Assembly: GCF_964355755.1 (NCBI RefSeq)
Contig: NC_092679.1
Span: forward strand, 23,419,432 to 23,483,431
Length of the DNA: 64,000 bases
Reading direction: 5' to 3'
Source of the DNA: Antedon mediterranea
Taxonomy: Eukaryota > Animalia > Echinodermata
Positions 50,141 to 64,000 of the stretch are shown here, piece after piece. Under the pieces are notes generated by a model that was not told the origin of the DNA, did no database searches, and saw only the letters and a program-made list of their open reading frames with translations. The position numbers were made by a program, and so were the translations under genes. Position 1 is the stretch's first letter. Every line of letters begins with the position of its first letter.

Positions 50141-50384
50141 TAAATTTGTTTTGACCAAAATAAAACGCAAACGCTACTGGTATAAATCCTCTCAAAAATT
50201 CTCGGTACCTGGGGGGCTGGACATGACTTTGAAAAATTATGTTTATACTTTACAATTTTTAGGTGGGATACTACTACAGTAAGCCACCACAATCACGTAC
50301 ATGTTTATCAAATTGCCAACTTTGCTACAAATTTATATTTATCTTTTTATTTTCAATTACAGAAAGCCATAACAATTGACCAAG

Positions 50385-53300
50385 ATGTCATCATGTAAGC
50401 TGTCTTCCTATCTGTATAAACAAAGTATCCACTGTAGATTATATAGCAGCTCATTATCAGCTGCTAAACATACCAGAACATGGACACAAGGATGTTTAGT
50501 ACACTCAAAATATACCCACAGACAGATGAGTGTACTCTGTCAAAATTGTCAAAAGAAATATGCATTTTCAGATATTTCTTTAAATTTGATGAGAAGGAGT
50601 TGCAAAACGTTAGCATCTACAAGCAAAAAGAAGAAGAAAAAGTTGGATCCAAGTAAATTTGGCGAAGGAAAAGGGAAGAAAATTGTAGAAGTTGAGAAGG
50701 CAATGACAGTTTCCAGTCTTGCAGATGCAATGGGAGTTAAAAGAGGTATGTTTTTGGTAAATGGTACAATCTAGTGCTAAGGTGTTATGTTGTTATTATG
50801 GAATTGAGTGTAAAGCTCTGTGTACACTAATGTGATGTTCCTATATATGGACATGGTGATGTCATATCACTACCATATTTGGGCATATCACACTTTTGTT
50901 GTCAAACTAGTTTTATAGTGTAGACAGTTTTAGAGAAAGGATTCTTGATATATGATAAATATTAAAATTGTAATTTTATTTGTTTTCAGATCATATTTAT
51001 GATGCAATGGAGGTAACATCAAATCTAAATAGATTCAAGCCTGATACCAGTAAGGTTCTTATATAATTTATATTAAAAATATAGACAACATTGATTGAAC
51101 TAAAAGAAAAACAAAAGCTTATTTCATTTGAAATAATCATAGCCTATTTAAGGTATATCAATACTTTTGTTATTATAATTTAATTTAATATAAAAAATTT
51201 AATTTAATATAAAAAATTGATATTTTGAAATATATATATATAATAAAACAGAGTAAACCTTATCAAATAGAAATGTTACATTTTCCTCTTACAGTTTTGG
51301 ATTTTGATGTTATTAGAGATATTATTAAGAAATCTAACATGGTGTACACATTTAAACGTGAAGAAACATCACAAGTTGAAAAGAAAAATCTTGATGCTGT
51401 GCGACGGTATGATTTTAACTTTTCTTGAAATCTACTTTCAAGACTACATGTTATTTTGTTCATTAAACTTTTTAACCTTCATCTTAATGTTAAAAATAAA
51501 ATTCCTGATGTCATTTGCCCAATGATCAAGTCTTTTTACTTTTTTTGACGAATCAGAAATTGTATTGCCGATAGTCACTTCTGTCATGGGCCCTAAAGCC
51601 TTCAAGCATAAGCAGCTTCAATGCAATAGCCCAGGGGTGGAGGGCCCCTTACGAGTGCTAAACCAGGGGCTTGCTAGTGATCCTCATTATTCCACCCTGT
51701 GACCAGCTCATCAAGTCCATCCAGAATATACAATTGATCTCTAATTACCCTTTATTAAACTACAGTACTAAATATATTGATTTTCCTAACTGTTTGTAGA
51801 CCACCATGTGATCCTGCTGTGCTTAAACCAAGACCACCAGTAGTTACCATTATGGGTCATGTAGACCATGGTAAAACCACCTTGCTAGATTATTTGAGAA
51901 AGACCTCCGTAGCGGCAGGTGAAGCTGGTGGTATCACCCAACACATTGGTGCATTTTCTGGTAGGCTTGTTTTCTTTAAAAAAACTTATACTTTTTTGAC
52001 ACTGTGTACACAGTTTTCTAAACAAAATATGGTTTTATGACAATGTTCTAATAAAGAAACAAAACATAGTATCAGTTATAGCCTCACAATTGTATTTTAT
52101 TTGCCATAATTTATGATTTTTTCTAAATTTAGTGTTTTTCCATAATTCTTTTTTCAATTCAATTTATTTTGGATTTCACTCACATATGAACAGTATAATG
52201 AAAAATAATAATGGAACAAGAAGTGGAAAAAAAGGTTCATCCGTGACTCCAACAGCAAACTTAACCTTTGTATTTGTCACTTTATTCCATATAATGTGCG
52301 GTTCCAGAGCCTTTTAGAGTACCATGATTAAAGCGTAATTTTTCTTGTTCCATTAGTATCCTTGAAAGACAACCAGAAGATTACATTTCTGGATACGCCA
52401 GGTCACGCCGCATTCTCAGCGATGAGGTCACGAGGAGCACATGTGACTGACATCGTCATCCTTGTCGTCGCTGCTGATGATGGTGTTATGGAACAAACAA
52501 GGGAGTCTATAAAGTTTGCTGAACAAGCTGGAGGTAATTATTAATCTAAAAAAAATGAAAGTATTATTAATTAAGTACATTAATTATCTATAACTAATTG
52601 AAATTAATCATTAAGTTTTGTTTAGACATTAGACACAGCTTTCAGAGTTGTGACAGATTTTCTATGAGAATGGTTTATGTCACTTTGATGCCTACATTAT
52701 ATCACTTTGATGCCTACATAATGTCACTTTGATGCCTACATTATGTCACTTTAATGCCTACATTATGTCACTTTGATGCCTACATTATGTCACTTTGATG
52801 CCTACATTATGTCACTTTGATGACTACATTATGTCACTTTGATGCCTACATTATGTCACTTTGATTCCTACATTATGTCACATTGATGCCTACACTATGT
52901 CACTTTGATACCTACATTATGTCACATTGATGCCTACACTATGTCACTTTGATGCCTACATTATGTCACTTTGATGCCTACATTATGTCACTTTGATGCC
53001 TACATAATGTCACTTTAATGCCTACATTATGTCACTTTGATGCCTACATTATGTCACTTTGATGCCTACATTATGTCACTTTGATGCCTACATTATGTCA
53101 CTTTGATGCCTACATTATGTCACTTTGATGCCTACATTATGTCACTTTGATGCCTACATTATGTCACTTTGATGACTACATTATGTCACTTTGATGCCTA
53201 CATTATGTCACTTTGATGCCTACATTATGTCACATTGATGCCTACACTATGTCACTTTGATACCTACATTATGTCACATTGATGCCTACACTATGTCACT

Positions 53301-56300
53301 TTGATGCCTACATTATGTCACTTTGATGCCTACATTATGTCACTTTGATGCCTACATAATGTCACTTTAATGCCTACATTATGTCACTTTGATGCCTACA
53401 TTATGTCACTTTGATGCCTACATTATGTCACTTTGATGCCTACATTATGTCACTTTGATGCCTACATTATGTCACTTTGATGCCTACATTATGTCACTTT
53501 GATGCCTACATTATGTCACTTTGATGCCTACATTATGTCACTTTGATGCCTACGTTATGTCACTTTGATGACTACGTTATGTCACTTTGATGTCTACATT
53601 ATGTCACTTTGATGTCTACATTATGTCACTTTGATGCCTACATTATGTCACTTTGATGCCTACATTATGTCACTTTGATGCCTACATTATGTCACATTGA
53701 TGCCTACACTATGTCACTTTGATGCCTACATTATGTCACTTTGATGCCTACATTATGTCACTTTGATGCCTACATTATGTCACTTTAATGCCTACATTAT
53801 GTCACTTTGATGCCTATATTATGTCACTTTGATGCCTACATTATGTCACTTTGATGCCTACATTATGTCACTTTGATGCCTACATTATGTCACTTTGATG
53901 CCTACATTATGTCACTTTGATGCCTACGTTATGTCACTTTGATGCCTACGTTATGTCACTTTGATGCCTACCTTATGTCACTTTGATGCCTACCTTATGT
54001 CACTTTGATGCCTACGTTATGTCACTTTGATGCCTACGTTATGTCACTTTGATGCCTACGTTATGTCACTTTGATGACTACGTTATGTCACTTTAATGCC
54101 TACATTATGTCACTTTGATGCCTACATTATGTCACTTTGATGCCTACATTATGTCACTTTGATGCCTACATTATGTCACTTTGATGCCTACATTATGTCA
54201 CTTTGATGCCTACGTTATGTCACTTTGATGCCTACGTTATGTCACTTTGATGCCTACGTTATGTCACTTTGATGCCTACGTTATGTCACTTTGATGTCTA
54301 CGTTATATCACTTTGATGTCTACATTATGTCACTTTGATGCCTACATTATGTCACTTTGATGCCTACATTATGTCACTTTGATGCCTACATTATGTCACT
54401 TTGATGCCTACATTATGTCACTTTGATGCCTACGTTATGTCACTTTGATGTCTACGTTATGTCACTTTGATGTCTACGTTATGTCACTTTGATGCCTACA
54501 TTATGTCACTTTGATGCCTACATTATGTCACTTTGATGCCTACATTATGTCACTTTGATGCCTACATTATGTCACTTTGATGCCTACATTATGTCACTTT
54601 GATGCCTACGTTATGTCACTTTGATGCCTACGTTATGTCACTTTGATGCCTACGTTATGTCACTTTGATGCCTACATTATGTCACTTTGATGCCTACATT
54701 ATGTCACTTTGATGCCTACATTATGTCACTTTGATGCCTACATTATGTCACTTTGATGCCTACGTTATGTCACTTTGATGCCTACGTTATGTCACTTTGA
54801 TGCCTACGTTATGTCACTTTGATGCCTACGTAATGTCACTTTGATGCCTACGTTATGTCACTTTGATGCCTACGTTATGTCACTTTGATGCCTACGTTAT
54901 GTCACTTTGATGCCTACGTTATGTCACTTTGATGCCTACATTATGTCACTTTGATGCCTACATTATGTCACTTTGATGCCTACATTATGTCACTTTGATG
55001 CCTACGTTATGTCACTTTGATGCCTACGTTATGTCACATTGATGCCTACGTTATGTCACATTGATGCCTACGTTATGTCACTTTGATGCCTACGTTATGT
55101 CACTTTGATGCCTACGTTATGTCACTTTGATGCCTACGTTATGTCACTTTGATGCCTACGTTATGTCACTTTGATGCCTACGTTATGTCACTTTGATGCC
55201 TACGTTATGTCACTTTGATGCCTACGTTATGTCACTTTGATGGCTACATTATGTCACTTTGATGCCTACGTTATGTCACTTTGATGCCTACGTTATGTCA
55301 CATTGATGCCTACGTTATGTCACTTTGATGCCTACGTTATGTCACTTTGATGCCTACGTTATGTCACTTTGATGCCTACGTTATGTCACTTTGATGCCTA
55401 CGTTATGTCACTTTGATGCCTACGTTATGTCACTTTGATGCCTACGTTATGTCACTTTGATGGCTACATTATGTCACTTTGATGGCTACATTATGTCACT
55501 TTGATGCCTACATTATGTCACTTTGATGCCTACGTTATGTCACTTTAGCTTAAATACTGTAGTTGACTTAATTTTGGGAGCGGTTTACTTTTTAACTTGT
55601 TTTTATATTTTATGTTTTATTAGTTCCGTTGATTGTGGCAATTAACAAATGTGACAAGCCTGTCGCTGACCCAGTAAGTACACGTTAATTTCCTTCAATC
55701 AATAAAGATGTTGGTCTGCATGTACAGTACTGACTGGGTATAACCCATTGCCTTATACTTTTGATAATTTTTCTTGCAAAATTAGCTTATACCTGCGCCA
55801 GTACAATAATAATAAGTAACCATTCAAATCCTGTCTACACTGTCAAACTTTAAAAAATGTGATGTGCCCATATATGGACATGATGTCATATCACTACCAT
55901 ATTTGGGCATATCACTACCATTTGAGCTTATTACTACCATATTTGGGCTTATTACTTTTTGTCAAACTAGTTTGATTGTGTAGACAGAGCATTAGAGAAA
56001 GTTTAGAAGCTTGAATATGCTAAAAATGAATTTGAATTTTATGAAATATAAACAAGAAATAGAGAATGTCTAATACTTTTCAATGAGAAAGTTCCCTTTG
56101 GCCCACTTTGAGAGGTAAAAACAATTATTCTGTTAACGATGAATTAATGTAAACATAGGTACAGACTTTATTAACAGAAAGTGAAACACTTTTTACAGTA
56201 TTATTGATGTATTGATTGATTGTATATAATAAATTGATAATTTCATCTTTCTTGGAGTCATTCCAAAATCTGGACTGAATAAACATTTTAATGATAATTA

Positions 56301-59283
56301 TGATCTGCTTGATTTTTATGTATTAGTCTACTCTGTAGCATTGTTATATACTGAAATGGGGGTCACGACTTAAAGTTCAATGAATTTACTGTGACCTCCT
56401 TCCACCCCACTGTATACATATGTTAAAACTGTTATTTGAGTGGAAAAGATATCATCAGAAATACTATTCAAGTTGCTTGTTTACTTAATAAAAATACCAG
56501 AGCTTCTCCTTTCACTTTTATTGTAATTCTTAAGACAAAAAAGGTTTGTTCAGTTCTGTGAGTCATATGTATGATATAAAGTATATTCAAATACATAAGC
56601 ATATAAAACTCCAAAATAAACTCCAAAATAAACTCCAAAATAAACCCCCAAAAATTAAAAAAATTTAGCTGATGGACAAACCAATTCCCACCAATGTTAA
56701 AATTATCTTCCTATTATTAAAGGTACTTAAAATATAAAGTCTTTAAAAATAATTTAACTTTTACACACTTTATTTTTATAGGAGCAAGCAAAACGTGAGC
56801 TTCTTGGTCATGGAATCCAATTGGAAGACTTTGGAGGAGAAGTTCAAGCTGTTAAGATATCTGCACTTAAGGTTCTTTATTTTATTTAATGATGACGCAT
56901 AACAAAATATACTATTACTAAAAAAGAAAGAATAATATTTACGTTTTAAGGCCACAAATTACTCTCCTATTTGTTTCAATTATTTATATTACTGATTAAG
57001 TAAAAGTTGTTTAAATCATTGACGAAATAATCTTATTTATTTCCTCCACAATTCAATTAATATTATTATGTCATGCCTCAACAATTACTTATGATGTGTC
57101 CAAAAATACAAAAAGTCCAAAAGTGTTTTTCTATCAAATATTTTTTTCTTTCAAATTAAAGGGAACAAATATTGATATATTAGGAGAATCAATCATAGCC
57201 CAGGCAGAGGTGATGGAATTAAAGGCAGATGTCACTGGTTTAGTTCAAGCAAATGTGATTGAATCCAAAGTTGATAGAGGCAAAGGGTAAGTAAAGCTAG
57301 TACATAGTTTAAGATTCCAGTTGATTTGTTATGTTTAACTATTAAAAACATTGTTTTCATATTGCAGCCCTGTTGCAACTATTATTGTTGAAAGAGGAAC
57401 ACTAAAAAAGGGTTGCATACTGGTTGCGGGGAAATCTATGTGCAGGGTCCGCAACCTCTATAATGAACACAATCAACAGATTGGTGAAGCACCCCCTAGC
57501 ACGCCAGTAGAAGTTGCAGGTTGGAAGGAAATTCCAGCAGCTGGGGAGCTTATACTGGAGGTTGAATCTGAGGTAAATATGTGTGAATTTATAACAGGTT
57601 GGTGAGATGATTAAAAACAACCTCAGTTGACTTCATAAGTAATCGTTCTATTTTGAGAAGTTTTACTTTCGATTGTTTGTTTATTTGAACTTTATGTCTT
57701 TATCAATTCACAAACAAACATTCTGGCGGAGGTAATGATTGATTTATTATTGGTTTACAGAAACGAGCACGAGAGGTTATTGATTGGAGAACACAAAATG
57801 AAAAGGAAGAACGGTTAAAACAAGATGCTGTTGTCATTGAGAAAAAAGCGCAAGAGCAACATAAGGCGCATACAGAGAAGAGGAAAGTAAACAGCCTGTT
57901 GACGTGGAAAGAGATTCGTATGCGAAAAGCAGCTGAACAAATGAAACTTGGTAAAGAAAACGTAAAGAGCGATCATCCTGAATTAAACATTGTTTTAAAA
58001 GGTGAAAAAATAAGACCAGGTTTCTTTTAATTTTAGGAGTTTACGGAACATAACGAAAAATGAATTAAATTATATCTATGATTTTATAAAAAGAGGGCAA
58101 AATAAATTAGATTGACTTTTATGTGCGTGCACTATGTTCTGTATAAACAGCTCAACAAGAAATGAAATGTGTCTGCTATAAAATCAATATGAACAGCAAA
58201 ACAATCCAACAAAATACAAATGAATGCTGTTTGACCACTGTGATCTTTCCTCCTTTATCAAAACTATACAACTTGAATTTTCATATTGCAGTGTTATTGT
58301 AATTTTTTGTTTTAGGCGATGTTGATGGATCGGTGGAAGCCATATTGGATGCCATGGCAACCTATGATTCAGATCAATGCACATTGGACGTACTACACTG
58401 CGGTGTCGGTGTAGTGTCTGATAAAGATGTGGAAATTGCTAGCACGTTTGATGGCATTGTTGTTGCCTTCAATGTGGTTGTCAGCAGCAGTGCAGAAACA
58501 TTAGCAAACAAACTTGGTGTAACAATTCAAAAACATTCTATTATTTATAAATTAATTGATGATTTAAAGGAAGAATTAAATGAAAGATTGCCTCCAGTTG
58601 AAGAAGTATCGGTGCTAGGTAAGTGTATAATTGCCGTTTAGGTTTTGTGTAATATACTTACTAACTAACAGGGAGCCTACAACTGAAACCCCATGGACAC
58701 TTTACACACATCTGATTCTGTATATGTGCCTTTTATACCTTTGTACCTAGTATCACACACAAGGGTGTATCTAGTATTCCCCCATGAAGGCCACTGCTTG
58801 CTGTCACATAAATAAAGTAGCACTAGGTAGGTGTCCACTTACAGACAAGCGAGACATTTCTACACAAGCAGTGATCACTATGTAAGCCAAAAGAGTATTT
58901 CTAGTAAACCTGTCTTAAATAGGTTCAGTGTTAGTTTTAGGTAAACTTCAGAACCCAATCTTTATAAAGCAAAGTTAGCAATAATTGTGCGCATGAAACC
59001 AATTTACACAAGGAAATAACTACGCCTGCTTGGGCCCTTTGATGCAACCTTCAGGTGCACAGTGATGGATTTTGTATAGCTGTAAGTTTTCATGCCACCA
59101 TCAAAATTTATAATAAATGCACATTCTGTCTTTTGTTACTAGGTGAAGCCACAGTGTTGCAACCATTCACAATATCGGTAGGCAAACGTAAGGTACATGT
59201 AGCGGGCTGTAGGGTTAATAAAGGCAGTCTAAAAATTGGACAGCAATTCAAAGTTGTCCGAAATCAAGATACAGTTTATGAAG
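50385..59283 (+). CDS. MTIF2: Mitochondrial translation initiation factor IF-2; last exon(s) beyond the window
   Basis: Transit-peptide-like start; exons at about 50385-50746, 50990-51049, 51294-51406, 51800-51961 ([30 protein letters not shown]), 52357-52533 ([19 protein letters not shown]), 55624-55673 (AINKCD), 56782-56871, 57162-57287, 57368-57572, 57761-58001, 58317-58618 (DVDGSVEAI), 59143-59283 (VAGCRV). Confidence 0.96.
50812..50930. mobile_element. MITE family A
   Basis: TAAAGCTCTGTGTACAC...ATAGTGTAGACAG. Confidence 0.8.
52675..55546. repeat. 22-bp satellite (TTATGTCACTTTGATGCCTACA/G)n, ~130 copies, in an MTIF2 intron
   Basis: Directly visible tandem array. Confidence 0.98.
55830..55992. 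mobile_element. MITE family A
   Basis: CTGTCTACACTGTCAAACT...AGTTTGATTGTGTAGACAGAGC, with the internal TCACTACCATATTTGGGC unit repeated. Confidence 0.8.
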
Positions 59284-59378
59284 GTACAGTATAGTGCAAT
59301 ATAGAATTAACTACCAAAATATAAATGTTCTCCCACACCACATGTGACACTGTATTAGCACATTTGCCTATGATACTG

Positions 59379-62300
59379 GTTAGATAATGCCATAATATAT
59401 AAAGTACAAGGAATTGTTTGGTATATGGCTCTGTGGTCCAACAGTACTATTCCTGTCCTGTCACCAAAAGTCACAAGTTAGATAATGCCATAATATATAA
59501 AGTACAAGGAATTGTTTGGTATATGGCTCTGTGGTCCAACAGTACTATTCCTGTCCTCTCACCAAAAGTCACAAGTTAGATAATGCCATAATATATCAAG
59601 TACAAGGAATTGTGTGGTATATGGCTCTGTGGTCCAACAGTACTATTCCTGTCCTGTCACCAAAAGTCACAAGTTAGATAATGCCATAATATATCAAGTA
59701 CAAGGAATTGGGAGGTATATGGCTCTGTGGTCCAACAGTACTATTCCTGTCCTGTCACCAAAAGTCACAAGTTAGATAATGCCATAATATATAAAGTACA
59801 AGGAATTGTGTGGTATATGGCTCTGTGGTCCAACAGTACTATTCCTGTCCTGTCACCAAAAGTCACAAGTTAGATAATGCCATAATATATCAAGTACAAG
59901 GAATTGGGAGGTATATGGCTCTGTGGTCCAACAGTACTATTCCTGTCCTGTCACCAAAAGTCACAAGTTAGATAATGCCATAATATATCAAGTACAAGGA
60001 ATTGGGAGGTATATGGCTCTGTGGTCCAACAGTACTATTCCTGTCCTGTCACCAAAAGTCACAAGTTAGATAATGCCATAATATATAAAGTACAAGGAAT
60101 TGGGAGGTATATGGCTCTGTAGTCTAACAGTACTATTCCTGTCCTTTCACCAAAAGTCACAAGTTAGATAATGCCATAATATATCAAGTACAAGGAATTG
60201 GGAGGTATATGGCTCTGTGGTCCAACAGTACTATTCCTGTCCTGTCACCAAAAGTCACAAGTTAGATAATGCCATAATATATAAAGTACAAGGAATTGTT
60301 TGGTATATGGCTCTGTGGTCCAACAGTACTATTCCTGTCCTGTCACCAAAAGTCACAAGTTAGATAATGCCATAATATATCAAGTACAAGGAATTGTGTG
60401 GTATATGGCTCTGTGGTCCAACAGTACTATTCCTGTCCTGTCACCAAAAGTCACAAGTTAGATAATGCCATAATATATAAAGTACAAGGAATTGTGTGGT
60501 ATATGGCTCTGTGGTCCAACAGTACTATTCCTGTCCTGTCACCAAAAGTCACAAGTTAGATAATGCCATAATATATCAAGTACAAGGAATTGGGAGGTAT
60601 ATGGCTCTGTAGTCCAACAGTACTATTCCTGTCCTGTCACCAAAAGTCACAAGTTAGATAATGCCATAATATATCAAGTACAAGGAATTGGGAGGTATAT
60701 GGCTCTGTGGTCCAACAGTACTATTCCTGTCCTGTCACCAAAAGTCACAAGTTAGATAATGCCATAATATATCAAGTACAAGGAATTGTGTGGTATATGG
60801 CTCTGTGGTCCAACAGTACTATTCCTGTCCTGTCACCAAAAGTCACAAGTTAGATAATGCCATAATATATAAAGTACAAGGAATTGGGAGGTATATGGCT
60901 CTGTGGTCCAACAGTACTATTCCTGTCCTGTCACCAAAAGTCACAAGTTAGATAATGCCATAATATATAAAGTACAAGGAATTGTGTGGTATATGGCTCT
61001 GTGGTCCAACAGTACTATTCCTGTCCTGTCACCAAAAGTCACAAGTTAGATAATGCCATAATATATCAAGTACAAGGAATTGGGAGGTATATGGCTCTGT
61101 GGTCCAACAGTACTATTCCTGTCCTGTCACCAAAAGTCACAAGTTAGATAATGCCATAATATATCAAGTACAAGGAATTGTGTGGTATATGGCTCTGTGG
61201 TCCAACAGTACTATTCCTGTCCTGTCACCAAAAGTCACAAGTTAGATAATGCCATAATATATAAAGTACAAGGAATTGGGAGGTATATGGCTCTGTGGTC
61301 TAACAGTACTATTCCTGTCCTGTCACCAAAAGTCACAAGTTAGATAATGCCATAATATATCAAGTACAAGGAATTGGGAGGTATATGGCTCTGTGGTCTA
61401 ACAGTACTATTCCTGTCCTGTCACCAAAAGTCACAAGTTAGATAATGCCATAATATATCAAGTACAAGGAATTGTGTGGTATATGGCTCTGTGGTCCAAC
61501 AGTACTATTCCTGTCCTGTCACCAAAAGTCACAAGTTAGATAATGCCATAATATATAAAGTACAAGGAATTGTTTGGTATATGGCTCTGTGGTCCAACAG
61601 TACTATTCCTGTCCTGTCACCAAAAGTCACAAGTTAGATAATGCCATAATATATCAAGTACAAGGAATTGTGTGGTATATGGCTCTGTGGTCCAACAGTA
61701 CTATTCCTGTCCTGTCACCAAAAGTCACAAGTTAGATAATGCCATAATATATAAAGTACAAGGAATTGTGTGGTATATGGCTCTGTGGTCCAACAGTACT
61801 ATTCCTGTCCTGTCACCAAAAGTCACAAGTTAGATAATGCCATAATATATCAAGTACAAGGAATTGTGTGGTATATGGCTCTGTGGTCCAACAGTACTAT
61901 TCCTGTCCTGTCACCAAAAGTCACAAGTTAGATAATGCCATAATATATCAAGTACAAGGAATTGGGAGGTATATGGCTCTGTGGTCTAACAGTACTATTC
62001 CTGTCCTGTCACCAAAAGTCACAAGTTAGATAATGCCATAATATATAAAGTACAAGGAATTGTGTGGTATATGGCTCTGTGGTCCAACAGTACTATTCCT
62101 GTCCTGTCACCAAAAGTCACAAGTTAGATAATGCCATAATATATAAAGTACAAGGAATTGGGAGGTATATGGCTCTGTGGTCCAACAGTACTATTCCTGT
62201 CCTGTCACCAAAAGTCACAAGTTAGATAATGCCATAATATATAAAGTACAAGGAATTGGGAGGTATATGGCTCTGTGGTCCAACAGTACTATTCCTGTCC

Positions 62301-64000
62301 TTTCACCAAAAGTCACAAGTTAGATAATGCCATAATATATCAAGTACAAGGAATTGGGAGGTATATGGCTCTGTGGTCTAACAGTACTATTCCTGTCCTG
62401 TCACCAAAAGTCACAAGTTAGATAATGCCATAATATATAAAGTACAAGGAATTGGGAGGTATATGGCTCTGTAGTCCAACAGTACTATTCCTGTCCTGTC
62501 ACCAAAAGTCACAAGTTAGATAATGCCATAATATATCAAGTACAAGGAATTGGGAGGTATATGGCTCTGTGGTCCAACAGTACTATTCCTGTCCTGTCAC
62601 CAAAAGTCACAAGTTAGATAATGCCATAATATATAAAGTACAAGGAATTGTTTGGTATATGGCTCTGTGGTCCAACAGTACTATTCCTGTCCTGTCACCA
62701 AAAGTCACAAGTTAGATAATGCCATAATATATCAAGTACAAGGAATTGTGTGGTATATGGCTCTGTGGTCCAACAGTACTATTCCTGTCCTGTCACCAAA
62801 AGTCACAAGTTAGATAATGCCATAATATATCAAGTACAAGGAATTGTGTGGTATATGGCTCTGTGGTCCAACAGTACTATTCCTGTCCTGTCACCAAAAG
62901 TCACAAGTTAGATAATGCCATAATATATAAAGTACAAGGAATTGGGAGGTATATGGCTCTGTGGTCTAACAGTACTATTCCTGTCCTGTCACCAAAAGTC
63001 ACAAGTTAGATAATGCCATAATATATCAAGTACAAGGAATTGGGAGGTATATGGCTCTGTGGTCTAACAGTACTATTCCTGTCCTGTCACCAAAAGTCAC
63101 AAGTTAGATAATGCCATAATATATCAAGTACAAGGAATTGTGTGGTATATGGCTCTGTGGTCCAACAGTACTATTCCTGTCCTGTCACCAAAAGTCACAA
63201 GTTAGATAATGCCATAATATATAAAGTACAAGGAATTGTTTGGTATATGGCTCTGTGGTCCAACAGTACTATTCCTGTCCTGTCACCAAAAGTCACAAGT
63301 TAGATAATGCCATAATATATCAAGTACAAGGAATTGTGTGGTATATGGCTCTGTGGTCCAACAGTACTATTCCTGTCCTGTCACCAAAAGTCACAAGTTA
63401 GATAATGCCATAATATATAAAGTACAAGGAATTGGGAGGTATATGGCTCTGTGGTCCAACAGTACTATTCCTGTCCTGTCACCAAAAGTCACAAGTTAGA
63501 TAATGCCATAATATATAAAGTACAAGGAATTGTGTGGTATATGGCTCTGTGGTCCAACAGTACTATTCCTGTCCTGTCACCAAAAGTCACAAGTTAGATA
63601 ATGCCATAATATATAAAGTACAAGGAATTGTGTGGTATATGGCTCTGTGGTCCAACAGTACTATTCCTGTCCTGTCACCAAAAGTCACAAGTTTGATAAT
63701 GCCATAATATATAAAGTACAAGGAATTGGGAGGTATATGGCTCTGTGGTCTAACAGTACTATTCCTGTCCTGTCACCAAAAGTCACAAGTTAGATAATGC
63801 CATAATATATCAAGTACAAGGAATTGTGTGGTATATGGCTCTGTGGTCCAACAGTACTATTCCTGTCCTGTCACCAAAAGTCACAAGTTAGATAATGCCA
63901 TAATATATAAAGTACAAGGAATTGGGAGGTATATGGCTCTGTGGTCCAACAGTACTATTCCTGTCCTGTCACCAAAAGTCACAAGTTAGATAATGCCATA
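59379..64000. repeat. 98-bp satellite, at least 47 copies, running off the window inside an MTIF2 intron
   Basis: Unit GTTAGATAATGCCATAATATATMAAGTACAAGGAATTG..GGTATATGGCTCTGTGGTCYAACAGTACTATTCCTGTCCTGTCACCAAAAGTCACAA; period 98 (59379 to 59477). Confidence 0.98.

Noticed and set aside
59379-64000. CRISPR-like regularly spaced repeats (also 52675-55546 and 6541-7272)
   Set aside because: Units are contiguous with no unique spacers, there are no cas genes, and the context is eukaryotic introns.

Overview
AT-rich, intron-containing animal DNA, probably an invertebrate deuterostome such as an echinoderm (inference from gene content and repeat style). No prokaryotic features or CRISPR array. Genes in order: the 3' part of the piRNA helicase TDRD9/spindle-E (+); an apparently secreted L1/neuroglian/contactin-like 4Ig+2FN3 gene (-); a PAN plus three-Link-module gene (+); a tandem cluster of four intronless Ig-superfamily receptor genes (-), two intact and two broken; XRCC3 (-) head-to-head with mitochondrial IF2 (+), whose introns hold large satellites. 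The most notable structure is a 3.84-kb foldback derivative of an Academ (XPG-type) DNA transposon, made of two head-to-head 3' halves with TAG..CTA ends and a 3-bp TSD, inserted at the core Trp codon of the first Ig domain of one receptor copy. Also present: a four-level nest of DNA transposons, a minimal hammerhead ribozyme, and a tRNA cloverleaf enclosed by an inverted repeat. Exon coordinates were read by eye and may be off by a few bases.
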